A stretch of DNA of 64,000 nucleotides, taken from positions 22,072,001-22,136,000 of the forward strand of contig NC_088855.1 in NCBI RefSeq assembly GCF_963853765.1, read 5' to 3'. Within the stretch, counting starts at the first letter, position 1, and every line of letters begins with the position of its first letter. Position numbers and translations under genes: made by a program. Shown here in pieces: positions 47,201-57,559 of this stretch. The notes under the pieces are model-generated. The model did no database searches. It had not been told where the DNA came from and saw only the letters and a list, made by a program, of their open reading frames with translations. The stretch comes from Magallana gigas. Taxonomy: Eukaryota.

Positions 47201-49870
47201 TTACCAATGAAATGTAGCTCCTTAAAGCCGCTTGGTCCGCTTTTTTGCCAAAACATTTCTGAAATCTATCTCATTTCCTTTATTTATAGCGAATGTCAAA
47301 TTAAAGTTGTAAGACAATCATACTCGTCTTGACTTCGGAGTTGACTCATAATAAGGAGCAAATTACCTAATACAATGCCCTTTGAAAATTTGATTTGTAA
47401 TCAAATTTTGTATATTTTATTTTCCCTTTAAGATATGGCTTAACTGTTGAAGAACTAACTGCAATGCCTATTACTATACATAATTATAATAAGTAAAACA
47501 ATCGTTTAAAGGCATACATAAAAACTGATTTAAAATCGAACCAAGATCGTTATATTAGCTTACAGACAGAGTAATGCTATTCTTCGTGCATTTGAGATAA
47601 TCATGAATGTCTTGTATTTTCTATCTAAATATGAGTAATACGATTACAAATAAAAAAAATGTTCATATTCTCCTTGATATATGAGCAAATCTATGTAGTG
47701 ATATAATTGGTATAGACAGAAGGATAATTATATCAACTCTACCCACATTGTCCTTGGTCTGCCCTCCTTAAATCTGAATATTTATATCCCATTAATAAAT
47801 TTGTGCTTAAACTAATATGGCCGAAGTTTCCCCAGACAATATCAAAAGTATTGATTGACATGTGATATTAAACATATTGATGTCCCCTATTTTGATTGCA
47901 CAATTTAAATCATCATTTTACATCATCCGGAATATAATTCGTCTTTACAAGGACATATCGTAAGCGATAGTCTCATGGAACTTTTATTCATTTAATTCGA
48001 AAGATGTTCGATACTGAATTTTGATAATGATCAAGTGGGCCTCTGGCACCCGAGATGAAGTACATGTAAATCTAGAAGGTCTTTGCTGAGATAAAACCTC
48101 AACTCTGTGAAGGTATAATATTTCAAAAATAAACATTGAGAAAAAACTTTGAAAGCGTTTTAGTATTTTATTTCACTGTTATAATTGTTTCTTCATATTA
48201 ATATGTACTTAGTCTTTTTTTTTTAGATTTTTGAAGTAGTAATTTACACGCTGAAAACGTTTGATCCGCATATAGGTACAGTATGCTTTGCAAGACTTTT
48301 ATTTTAGTAAATTAAATATAAATGGTGTTCTGTAGCAAGCTGGCTACGAAATCGAAGTATACAAAGAAAGAAAAGAAAGTATAAAAAGGAAGTAAAGTTT
48401 TGATAAGACTTCATTTTTTTAAAGGAATAGATTTACTGAAATGTATTTCTTAAAAATCCCAATGCAGAGCATTTTTCCACAAGGAGATCAATAAAGCCTA
48501 AAAATGACTATGACCGTCAAGTTCTCTTAAAGCATTGTTCGTGATCAGTCACACGATGTTACTTTTTTTAAACACAGCAGTAGTTTCCCTGACAATAATT
48601 AGAAAACGTAAATCGGCAAAAGAATCGAAGTAATGAATATTTAAAATATTTTGCAAACTATTCTAACAACGTTCTTGTCTTTTCTCCCATAAAACAAAGC
48701 GTATTTGTGTTGGTTTTATTTTTGTTTTAAATAACAAGTCAGTCACAGCATATTAGAGGCATGTTAACAAGTTAACCTAGTTGCTTTAAACAGAGCTGTG
48801 ACGTACGCCTGTGGTCTGTCTATTTCGTTATCGACCATTTAGCCTGACGTGGCTCATTGAAAGGTTTCGCTTTTGAAAACAGCGCATATTTTTGCTTGAG
48901 AACAATGTCATTTTTAACTTGTACTTTGATGCAAAAGGTAGATAGGTACATCAGACCAAAACTCTACGATCTTGTTGAAATGGCTCTCATATGCAAAGAA
49001 AAGTTGTACCTATTAGCAAAGACTAAATCTTGTTCGGTTTCATTGCACATTATGATTTTAAATATTACAATGTCCTCCGGGTATAACGAGCTCGGATATT
49101 ACGAGGCACTGCTTACAACGAGATGATTGTGTGGTCCCAAATTATCTCTTAATTATTTCCTTTTTTATAAAATCCGGATACAACGAGATCGTTTATAACA
49201 GGACCTCTTATATTACGAGGTGACAATTTGTGCCCGTTAATGATGCGGTATCAGAAAGCATAATTTCAATATCAAACCTGCAAGAAAGTTTAGCATATTA
49301 AAATTCAAGCAAAGGGTCAATAGTCCGCTAAAACTTTTTAAGATTTCTGAGTCCAAATGTAGGGGCCTATACGCTTTATGTTTGAATTTATATATATCAT
49401 GTGTCCGTACAGAAAAGATTTTCTTAAACAATACCATGTATATTGTACAAAAGTTTATCTTGATAAGAATAAATTATATCGTAGATTTATATTTTATTAA
49501 CTGTTAACTATTTACTTACTGTAATTAGCCTTTGAGCTATACCTAAAGATTACTCATATAAGGGTTTTTTTATGTCGTAGGTACCTTATGGTTTTTGTTT
49601 AATTTCTGAGAGCAACTGAAATATTGGAACTGATAGCTAAATAATAAATTCAAATATCTCTTTTGCATTCTAGTCGCATGTTCGAGATCATCAAAAATAT
49701 TTTCGCTTTACCAGAAAAATAATCTTTTTCAACTATTATATTAAAAAAGTATTCATTCCCTACGGTTAAAGATTACCCGATACTTTCATCATTTTACAAC
49801 CAGAGCACATGCACTTACCAAACTGTATGAAAATCCACATGAATACACATTTGAATCGCACGTTTGGCAT
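25890..49870 (-). CDS. Gene A (complete, 19 coding exons, about 1229 aa): type I membrane protein with signal peptide, 3x unassigned beta-rich repeat, 11 sushi/CCP modules, coiled-coil, TM and short tail
   Basis: Hand-built join, complement of 49819-49870, 46000-46350, 40861-41040, 40204-40335, 39137-39229, 38590-38822, 37434-37701, 36147-36326, 33128-33304, 32668-32844, 31965-32153, 30900-31076, 30191-30367, 29817-30011, 29450-29626, 28360-28587, 27189-27389, 26493-26669, 25890-26215. All introns are GT-AG, phases are compatible, and the total is 3690 nt, open from ATG to TAA. Confidence 0.85.
26493..26669 (-). CDS. Gene A exon 18: sushi/CCP S11
   Basis: 177 nt, phase 1-1; EIYCPDLETPPNS...FVCNKGYQQTNGSLQQKCLATGKWSGIELVCK. 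Absent from the ORF track. Confidence 0.92.
27189..27389 (-). CDS. Gene A exon 17: sushi/CCP S10
   Basis: 201 nt, phase 1-1; EIFCPPL...FSCKPGFRLNDSSSLLCQIDGTWNGTLPNCS. Absent from the ORF track. Confidence 0.92.
28360..28587 (-). CDS. Gene A exon 16: sushi/CCP S9 with a long inserted loop
   Basis: 228 nt, phase 1-1; DITCLALPFPDNG-(insert)-GTQASYACNPGF...DLTRTCLNNGTWDGNSVTCD. Confidence 0.92.
29450..29626 (-). CDS. Gene A exon 15: sushi/CCP S8
   Basis: 177 nt, phase 1-1; EILCPNVTDPGNG...YSCNTDFEVTSGNLSRVCTLNGTWSGGPPICS. Absent from the ORF track. Confidence 0.92.
29817..30011 (-). CDS. Gene A exon 14: sushi/CCP S7
   Basis: 195 nt, phase 1-1; EIFCTDIQTFENG...FSCDAGFRLSLDLNITCLVTGSWSEAPPVCS. 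Confidence 0.92.
30191..30367 (-). CDS. Gene A exon 13: sushi/CCP S6
   Basis: 177 nt, phase 1-1; EIFCPGLYHPLNG...YSCDTGFNHTGGDLTRTCQLNGTWSGEPAICS. Absent from the ORF track. Confidence 0.92.
30900..31076 (-). CDS. Gene A exon 12: sushi/CCP S5
   Basis: 177 nt, phase 1-1; EIFCPPVNASANSEMVISNHSVNSTLTYSCIDGFEHTFGNLHRTCLLDGTWSGDPPNCS. Absent from the ORF track. Confidence 0.9.
31965..32153 (-). CDS. Gene A exon 11: sushi/CCP S4
   Basis: 189 nt, phase 1-1; EIFCPW...FACQPGFSLSSYETITCLITGDWSADSPVCN. Confidence 0.92.
32668..32844 (-). CDS. Gene A exon 10: sushi/CCP S3
   Basis: 177 nt, phase 1-1; EIRCPSLLDPING...FSCNPGF...RTCAPNGSWTGTSAECS. Confidence 0.92.
33128..33304 (-). CDS. Gene A exon 9: sushi/CCP S2
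   Basis: 177 nt, phase 1-1; ETLCPDEIDPPNG...YACNERFNISAGNLNRTCFPNGTWSGILPTCS. Absent from the ORF track. Confidence 0.92.
33408..33535. mobile_element. Short palindromic (fold-back) element
   Basis: 38-bp arms tattatgaggtgataatttcggtcgg..ggtcaaa and tttgacc..ccgaccgaaattatcacctcataata, followed by a ttcaaagaatgatt.cttatt end also seen at about 60266. Confidence 0.7.
33610..34832. mobile_element. 1.2-kb non-autonomous TIR DNA transposon with 4-bp TSD
   Basis: TIR agcacgtgtgt ... acacacgtgct, subterminal aacgcacttt repeats at both ends, ttgt duplicated on both sides; no transposase ORF. Confidence 0.8.
35168..35748. mobile_element. 581-bp element with a 143-bp near-perfect palindrome (copy 1)
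   Basis: Perfect 58-bp arms at 35178-35235 and 35263-35320; the whole block is repeated at 54188-54768. Confidence 0.8.
36147..36326 (-). CDS. Gene A exon 8: atypical sushi/CCP module S1 (5 Cys)
   Basis: 180 nt, phase 1-1; SCNTT...NGYL...PCE...VCNFGY...RC...W...PQC. Confidence 0.85.
37434..37701 (-). CDS. Gene A exon 7: head repeat 3
   Basis: 268 nt, phase 0-1; ISPLNGPNHGFQFYGAGSVVTSGDYNPD..SRYSGLIFGYNQYGVFVW...PWGGG; same length as 11264-11531. Confidence 0.9.
38093..38450. mobile_element. Fold-back MITE-like element
   Basis: About 36-bp inverted arms aatattta.ttgttttatacgatataaaatggtttg and caaaccattttatatcgtataaaact.ataaatatt (38093-38220). The right boundary is approximate. Confidence 0.6.
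38590..38822 (-). CDS. Gene A exon 6: head repeat 2/3 junction
   Basis: 233 nt, phase 1-0; PITSAADGWG...VRVLAWTFDN...CRWTWN...PRMIFP...LVLVT; donor gttagg. Confidence 0.85.
39137..39229 (-). CDS. Gene A exon 5: head repeat 2 with CxxC
   Basis: 93 nt, phase 1-1; GMPACLRCGSDAGGLAFAYNTTHVRVWVK; homologous to 12512-12604. Confidence 0.88.
40204..40335 (-). CDS. Gene A exon 4: head repeat 2
   Basis: 132 nt, phase 1-1; TYLEIPFTNMTSAPDMVVVQAKP...GLVSEGN; homologous to 12714-12839. Confidence 0.88.
40861..41040 (-). CDS. Gene A exon 3: end of head repeat 1 and start of repeat 2
   Basis: 180 nt, phase 1-1; GTVDRWYHPLSN...DAFVRVKMWRRNDMPPDFDSGFQY; homologous to 13217-13381. Absent from the ORF track. 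Confidence 0.88.
42765..43223 (+). mobile_element. HINE/pearl(CvA)-like element
   Basis: GTCC tetranucleotide repeats near the 5' end, 3' palindrome gagatggtcaccatctc and ctagtt terminus. Confidence 0.75.
43510..43890. mobile_element. Degenerate MITE
   Basis: Imperfect terminal IR cacctgtaaggtgaga / tctcatctgtcaagtg; a related terminus tctcacctgtcaggtgag lies at about 36957-36975. Confidence 0.5.
44777..45434. mobile_element. HINE/Helentron-like family 2 (copy 2)
   Basis: Subterminal IR gggagttgatttt / aaaatcaactccc, 3' hairpin agtact-tc-agtact, internal palindromic core at about 45040-45155. Confidence 0.75.
46000..46350 (-). CDS. Gene A exon 2: head repeat 1 (most of it)
   Basis: 351 nt, cag acceptor and gtaagt donor; encodes ...PVKVIVEVKV...FGSSPRDDDATEKYGGVIYFYNASGV...; 86% aa identity to 16627-16977. 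Confidence 0.9.
49819..49870 (-). CDS. Gene A exon 1 (coding part): signal peptide MPNVRFKCVFMWIFIQF
   Basis: aaaaaATGCC start context, 52 nt then G|gtaagt donor, acceptor cctgcag at 49918. Same length, phase and start context as gene B exon 1. Splices in frame to GFGYG-TTVYEP. Confidence 0.75.
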
Positions 49871-51082
49871 TTTTTTAATCAGTTTCCACACTCGCCAAGT
49901 AATCTGACTGATTTGAACTGCAGGTATACATGTACCTATGTTTCCTGGGATGCGACAGTGTCAATAATTGATAGGAGAGGAAGAAATAATGAAATTTTGC
50001 GAAGCGCTTATTATGGATATAACTCACGAAAATCGATCGGCGAAGTGTCCTTCGATGTCTACGTTCTTAAGTGTATTTTTGCTAAATATTTGATTGCGTG
50101 TTTGTTATCTTAAAAAGTTCGTTAAATAGATAATCGGTGTTTAATTATTGGGAAGGAAAAGAGCAGCATTGCAAACAAAGGCCAATATATTCAATACATT
50201 GTCGTTAGTTTGCAATACTGCTTTTTCCATTCCTTCCCTCCTCGAGAAAATTCTATTTTAGTATGGGGTCGTGACTTGAGGTGACATGAGGACATACTGA
50301 AAGAAAAGAGGAAAGAGAAAGTGTTTAATTATTAGGGTTTGTTTTTTTTCATTTTTGTAACGCACGATTGAAAAAAAAAAAAGGAAATTTAAAATTAACA
50401 CTACATTCTTTTTTATAAATGAATTATTTGTCTTAAATAATGCAAATCTAATTAAGTTAAAACGTGAATAAAAATAATTTGCATGGAACCTTGTTCAAAT
50501 ATTTGAAACCTACATTGTTTTCCCCTCATTTCTAATGATGAATTTTATCATTGCATTCCAGGAACTTTCAATAAATCAAACTTTTGAATTTGCTTGACGG
50601 AAATCGATATAATCAATCATGCTAGATTTACATTCCTCTTCGTGCACAGTTTTCATTTACGATAAATCCAGTACATAATATGTTTTAACCACAAGTAAAC
50701 AGAGAGAAAGAGAGAAGTTAGCAAAATTAGTAAACATTAAAAGCATAAAAAGAATACGATAAATTTTGTGCGAAAATAAGGATAATAGCAACACATCATA
50801 TAAAACTTCAACTATATATTGACAAATTTGAAGTACATTTAATTCTTTAAGCCCCTTTCACAATTGGCGCACGAGCAGAAGCGACCACATATTCGTGCGA
50901 CCGAAAAAATTAGATATGAATCGTTTATTGTTGCCGAATTAATCGCATATGAAAAAAGTAATCGTACGAATTTCGCACGTTTTAAGCGTAAAAAGTAAGT
51001 AAAATTCACTAAATTACTGCTAATGTACATGAGAGCGTTAGGTAAAAGAAACAGCCAAATCGTCTCCTGTGAGACTTTGAGT

Positions 51083-51433
51083 CTGACATCATCGTGATTA
51101 TTTCGTGCAGTCCCTATGTTTTCTTAGGTAGTTGTGGGTCTCGATAAACAGGCCATGTCACTTTCTTGTCAGTTTCAGCCGCTGTAGATTTCGACCAATC
51201 GATGAGCGGGGCGTGTAAACCTCATTCTGGCTGTTTCTATAGAGCTTTGAATTAACTATAACTTTCCATAAGAAATAGATGGAATAATACTTGGTAGATT
51301 TAAATATAGCTCTAAAGAACAGCTGTAGAAACTGACAGGGCTGAAATCTACACGCCCCGTTTATCGATTGGTCGAAACCTACATCGACCTAAGAAAAATC
51401 ACGGACTGCACGAAATAATCATGATGATGTCAG
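51083..51433. mobile_element. MITE with about 30-bp TIR
   Basis: ctgacatcatcgtgattatttcgtgcagtcc ... ggactgcacgaaataatcatgatgatgtcag; internal inverted segments; partial copy at about 55339-55560. Confidence 0.75.
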
Positions 51434-54187
51434 TATTTTATTGTTAGCATAAAATGGACGGGTTAAATGGACATTACTAGTTACATGGTTTGACTTGTCA
51501 TCTGATTTTAGTTCCCAACTTGTGCGATATATATTGTTAATGTCGCATTTTCATTGGCGATATTGTTTGCGTTGTCGCTTAATTATACATGTAGGCAATC
51601 AATTTTGTTCGTGAAATAATATCGTCGCTTAGCGGGCAATTACACAAACAAATTCGCCGCTTAGTGGGCAATAGGCAAACAAAATTGTCGCGAAGCAGGC
51701 AAAAACACAAGCAATATCGCCGATTAGTGGGCGATATTACTAATATCGCCCACTTATTTTTGTGGGGATTTTTTTCACTTAAGGGCGATATTGTTTTCGT
51801 AATTGCCCACTTAGTGGCGATTCTGTGATATAGCACATCGCAACATTGTTCGTATCACCCACATAATATTATAGTATATATCAATTTTTTTTCTCATCTT
51901 CTTGAGTCAAAAATGACTTCAAATAAATAAGTAAGGAAGAATAAAATAGGTTAAGTTTCAATCACTAATAATCAAAGGAGATAGAGTTAGAAGCGGGCTT
52001 TCTAAATTAACCGTGTTTTTGCAGCCTGCTCCTAGTGAAGCACTTGTTGTATCAATCTTCTTCAGATTTATTACACCAAGGACCTCACCTTAATTCCTTT
52101 GATTTCTACTTAACCCTACCACTAATCTTTTTTTCTGTGAAAGGCTTACATAGGCAGTGTCTACTGCCTAATCCATTTATGTAAATATGTACATTGTATT
52201 TGCACAATAAATTATGTTCCAATTAAAATTCAAATCCCTTCTTTCAATCTTCTTCTTGCTTCAATTTATCTTTCCCATGTTTCGCTTCCGCTGTTCTTTT
52301 ACAACTATCTGAAATTCAAATATATTGGATTTGATTTCACCAACCGTATTTGGTCACTTCATAATACTCAAGGAAAGATTCTTCATTCCTTGATTAACAC
52401 CTTTCATTATTAATATCTGAATAAAGATATATAGATCAGACATTGAATTCGCCAAACCATCACCATCGCTGTTTCATACTTTTTTAAAATCTGATTTTTT
52501 CGTATTTGCTTTCAAATTCATTAAAACTTTATTATTTCTACTTTCATGTAAATGTAAATTAAGTTGTTTAAAAGCTTCTCTCAAAAAATTAAGATTTTTC
52601 GATTACCGTTTTCATTATGTAGGCCTAGGTTTTTGAATTGTAACCAAAGATCGTTTTCCTTGCAGTTGTATTTTAATAGAATTATTGAAGCGAAGTGTAG
52701 CGTAAATCTTTGTTAAGTAGTTTTTACTTGAAATTTTTCTGTTCGAATACTCAAATAGTATATCGTTATATCGTATTTAAATTATTCATATAAATTGAGT
52801 TTACTTGATATGAGTTTTTTTTACGCGAAAAGATAAGCGATGCCGCTGCCTTATTTTTTCAAATTATACGATATACATGTATTCTTTACTAATAAGAACA
52901 GATATGATATAAACTTAAGAAAGTAATATAAGCAGTAGCGCTGAATAAATTATCCTTTCCGATAACAAAACAAGTTAACAACTGTCGTTTTATTTGCTTC
53001 GTAAGTTTTGAAGCAAACTTCGGTAAAAGATTTTTTAAAAATAAAAAATGAGATGCTTTTTTATCATCTTGTTGATCAATCATAATAAAAATCAAGTTTG
53101 ATCTGTAGTCTCTCGTTATAAAGCTACACAGCAAGTCTCAAACATTTCACTAAATCTTAATTTAAAAAAAAGTTTGAATAACGAAGCAGGGACCTCAACA
53201 TAATTACCGACAGCGATAAAAACTATATTCATCGGTAGGCGACAAAATAAGACAAATTGCTGAATTGAGATTCTGGCAAAATTTATCTCTAAAATAAAAT
53301 TCCTTTAATGCTAGATGTACCATATTATATATTGCCGTCAAGCCTATGCTTGAATTATTTATGGCTTATGGCTAAGATAACGTTAAATCATGGAATATTG
53401 ATTATTGTTTTGAATTAGGAAGGGTTAACGAGTACATGTATACTGAATCTCTGAAACATGTCCGAATAAAGCTTTCCTGCATAAAGGATAACCGCAAGAG
53501 AATGGGTCTATTATTGATGGTTAAACCCTTGAGGCTTAACATCCTCGGCAAATTAAAGTTATGCATTTATGGAAACTGGTGATAGAGATGTTGATTGAAA
53601 CTAATCAAGAGCTAAACTGATCTATATAAATTCAGCATGACATGCTAAAATGGATATTAATCTATTGTCCAAAATAAGGCAATCGTTAATTTTGAACAAA
53701 AAGCTTTTTTTAACCATAATGTCATTGTTGAATGGTTTGGAAGGGCAACCAAAGAAAAAATTATTTTTAAAACAGTCTTTTGAACCAGATATAATTCACT
53801 GAACACGCGTACGTAATTCCAATACTTTCGCTTAAAAATTGCTTCTGCATGAGAAATTCTGCGAAATGTACCTGTAATTATAGTCAAGACACGTAAATCT
53901 TTTGAACGCAGATATTGCGTTCATTGATATTTGAAAAATAAATATCTGTCGATTATATCCTTAATTCACAGCCCTTTTTCACTTGTACGTTCTTTCTCAT
54001 TGAGTTCATGCTTTAGCGAAAAATTAATACACCAATAGCTATCATGGTCAAATGAATTTCAGACTTCAACTTTTGTATGTATAGGTACATTGTTAAAATT
54101 TGATGTATTCCTTGAATGTTGTATAAATGTTTTTTTGCTACACCTCAATGTTTTGTCACGTGTAAATTACGGTGAATTAACTTGCTA

Positions 54188-54768
54188 TATAGCATTGAAT
54201 GATTTATTTTTGACGTCGTCGTGTCAATAACTGCCGTCAGGTGAGCAGACAAATTGAATAACGCGCGTTAGCGCGTTATGATAATTTGTCTGCTCACCTG
54301 ACGGCAGTTATTGACACGACGACGTCAAAAATAAAGCATTTAATGCTTATATTTACATTCCCTTACTGAAGAAATCAATTGTTTACTGAAATAAATCGAT
54401 ATAAAGTGAAGACCACGGAGGGAGTAAATTAGTAACAGCAAGAACAGCTGATTTGTAATACCGGTTTAAACTGGTTTTCACAGAGACCGTTGAGATGAGA
54501 TCGACGAGCATGAAAATATAATCCATGAAAAATAACTATTGAAATGTTGCTTTTAACAATAAAGTCAACTGTTTTGTTGAATAATTATAAAACATGGTGT
54601 TTTGACAACATTTATGAAATACATTTTTTAACCGATTACATAGAAATCACTGTTTGAGAACTACTTATGTAAATTACATGTAAATTCATACGCAGTGAAT
54701 AGGTGTTGCATTTAGAGGCATTTAAACATCACGGAATTTAATGGAAAAACACAGTAGAATGTAAATAT
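54188..54768. mobile_element. 581-bp palindrome-containing element (copy 2)
   Basis: Colinear and highly similar to 35168-35748. Confidence 0.8.
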
Positions 54769-55655
54769 TTATATATAGACAACGTTTGGCGTTACTACAT
54801 GTATAATAGTTTCTGTGCTATATTTACCCATATTGAAATGTCATCAAAACTATTCACCGGCCACTATACATTTTCCTCACGTTAAGTACATTGTCATATT
54901 CCTGTCGCTACTTCCATTCAAATTTTGATAATTTGAACTAATGCGTAGTTTACAAATGATAAACAAACTATTAGAATCTCCGAGAAATAATTTAAAAAAA
55001 TTTCGGCACAATAAAACACATTTTTTTGCGTTTTCTGACAATAGCAAGTTTACTGTCTTAGGAGACAACAACTACTAGTATTTACTGTGGCCAGGGGATC
55101 TGAAGGGTAGTTGTTGTCTCGAGGAACATAATACATAATTATGATACATGCATTATTTAAACAATAAAGTGAATCATCAAAGAAAGCATTTTAATGTTTA
55201 TATAAACATCTTACTTTTAACTACATGTAATTAATAAATTGATTATGAAAAGTAAGTAAAATTCACTAAAGTAATGTCAATGTACATAAGTACGTTAACT
55301 AAAAGAAACAGCCAAATCGTCTCCTGTGAGACTTTGAGTCTGACATCATCATGAATATTTCATGCAGTCCGTGATATTTCGTAGGCGGCTGTAGGTTTAC
55401 ACCAAACGATAAACAGGGAGTGTCAATTTCAGTCCTGTCAATTTCCTGTCAGTTTCAGCTGCTGTAGATTTCGACCAATCGATAAACGGGGCACTTCTAT
55501 AGAGCTATGAATTAACTTTTAGTTTTCGTAAGAAATAGAGGGAATAATCATTGGTTGATGTAAATATTGATCTGTAAACCGTACAATTAACAATTAAATA
55601 AACTTTACCAGATATGATATTCTAAATCTTTTATACTACTTTAACATATTAAAAA

Positions 55656-55783
55656 NNNNNNNNNNNNNNNNNNNNNNNNNNNNNNNNNNNNNNNNNNNNN
55701 NNNNNNNNNNNNNNNNNNNNNNNNNNNNNNNNNNNNNNNNNNNNNNNNNNNNNNNNNNNNNNNNNNNNNNNNNNNNNNNNNNN
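55656..55783. other. Assembly gap (128 N)
   Basis: Run of N. Confidence 1.
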
Positions 55784-56030
55784 ACTTTATTTCACTATAC
55801 TATACTATTCTAAACTATACTATTCTATATTTTATTATACTATACTATGCTATATTATACTATACTATACAATACTAAACTATATTATACTATACTATAC
55901 TATATCTTACCGCACTTTACTATATCTTACCATACTATACTATATCTTTATATACCATATCTTAATATGCTTTTATTTTAATATACTATACTATATCTCA
56001 CTTTACTATTTCTTACTATACTATATCTTG
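55784..56030. repeat. Degenerate (TATAC)n pentanucleotide microsatellite abutting the gap
   Basis: Repeated tatac/tactata units. Confidence 0.85.
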
Positions 56031-57559
56031 AATTTAACTAAGCGACTTGGATTACACCAGAGGTGCTTCGAGATTTAAAACTAGAGTAATCAATGCTGCT
56101 GGTGAAAAGCTTCGATGACTATTCGCATGGCCATATTGCACGGAAACTATTTAATGGTTAGATTAGTTTAGATGTTATGGTAACTTAATTCGTTGTTAAT
56201 TTACATAGAAAATTTACAAAGAGTTATCATAAAATATACTATACTAATTTGATTTAATACACTATACTGAGAGTATAAATTGCGGTATAAAAACAATAAT
56301 TTCCGTTTCAGTACTTCAAAAAAATTCCATTTATAAATGCATTTTTTTTTTAAGATTTCTATTAAGTAGCACCCTTTACAGTTTATCTTTAAGTTTGCTA
56401 TGATGGAGTGCTCGGCTTTCGCTGTATTAAAAATTTGACACGAAGTATAAATAATTCATACCTAAATTAATTGCATTACTCTTTACAACTCCGTATTTTA
56501 TTTTTTCGGATATTCCATGTCTTTCTGTCGGTCCTTTAGGATTCTGTAGGTGTATATAAAGTGACAGAAAGCCAAACATTAGCATTTTTCCTATTTCTCA
56601 TTTTTCTAGGTCAAATTGATCATGATCAAACAAATATGGCATACCTCTGAAGTATCCATATACAAAATGTCTCTGTTATTTTTAAAATGAATTTCACATC
56701 CAAGAGCTGATCTTGCATCTCTATTTAATTTTCTTTACACACTAAAAATACTTTTCATGTGCAGTATTATTTCTAAACAAACAATATATACTTATTTCTT
56801 TGGTCTTCCATTTCATTCTTTTTTTTTTATTATTTACATTTTTTCAAATTCAAACATACACAATTTTTCTTAAACTGATGTCGATTTTTTTAAAATATTT
56901 TAATCACTCTCTTTCCAGACCACTTTTATTCACACACTCATTTAAAATTCAAAAGTAAATGAACCTGAGGTTGTATAATGGGTAAAATGGGTAAAAAAAA
57001 ATGGAATAATAATATTCATACCAAATTCCACTTCTGTATAATATAATTATACAATTTTAAACAAAAGAAATCTTCCCACAGCTGTGACCAGCACTTTTCA
57101 AATTTCCTAAGTTGAAATTTTTGAACTGATGCATATTTCTCTATCTTGTATATAAAACTCAAATGATATAATAAATCAACATAGTTTGGGATCTTATTCT
57201 GCTCTAATCTCAGCGAGATTCGTCGAGACTGAACAATTTTTGACGGACGTCTCTTCCGAATCTCAGACCAGTGCCACACAAAGTGATTCGGGAAAATTTG
57301 CCCCAACTTCGGCCGGTTGTTATGTTAGAAATACGCCGAATTAAATCTTCTGCTCGCTTCAACTTTTTACTTTGAACATCCCTTTAACTCCCTATCAACA
57401 TAAAATGTTAGGTTCCTACCGTAAAAAGATTTATATCCCTCAAAATATGAACTTGTTTATTTTTCAATTCATTTCCACACTCATTCACATCTCCAGTGCT
57501 GAAGAGAATCTCGCTGAGATTAATTCTGCTCATACATATAAATTTGAATTGTTTTGTAT

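Noticed and set aside
858-49870. One giant gene spanning both clusters
   Set aside because: Gene A ends in a TM and stop at 25890, and gene B has its own homologous ATG/signal-peptide exon at 17543.
25890-49870. Naming the genes SVEP1, CSMD, CR1 or selectin
   Set aside because: Only the CCP modules match. No vWA, EGF, pentraxin, CUB or C-type lectin domains are visible, so no gene symbol is justified.
51560-51830. CRISPR-like array
   Set aside because: The context is eukaryotic, the repeats are degenerate with irregular short spacing, and there are no cas genes.
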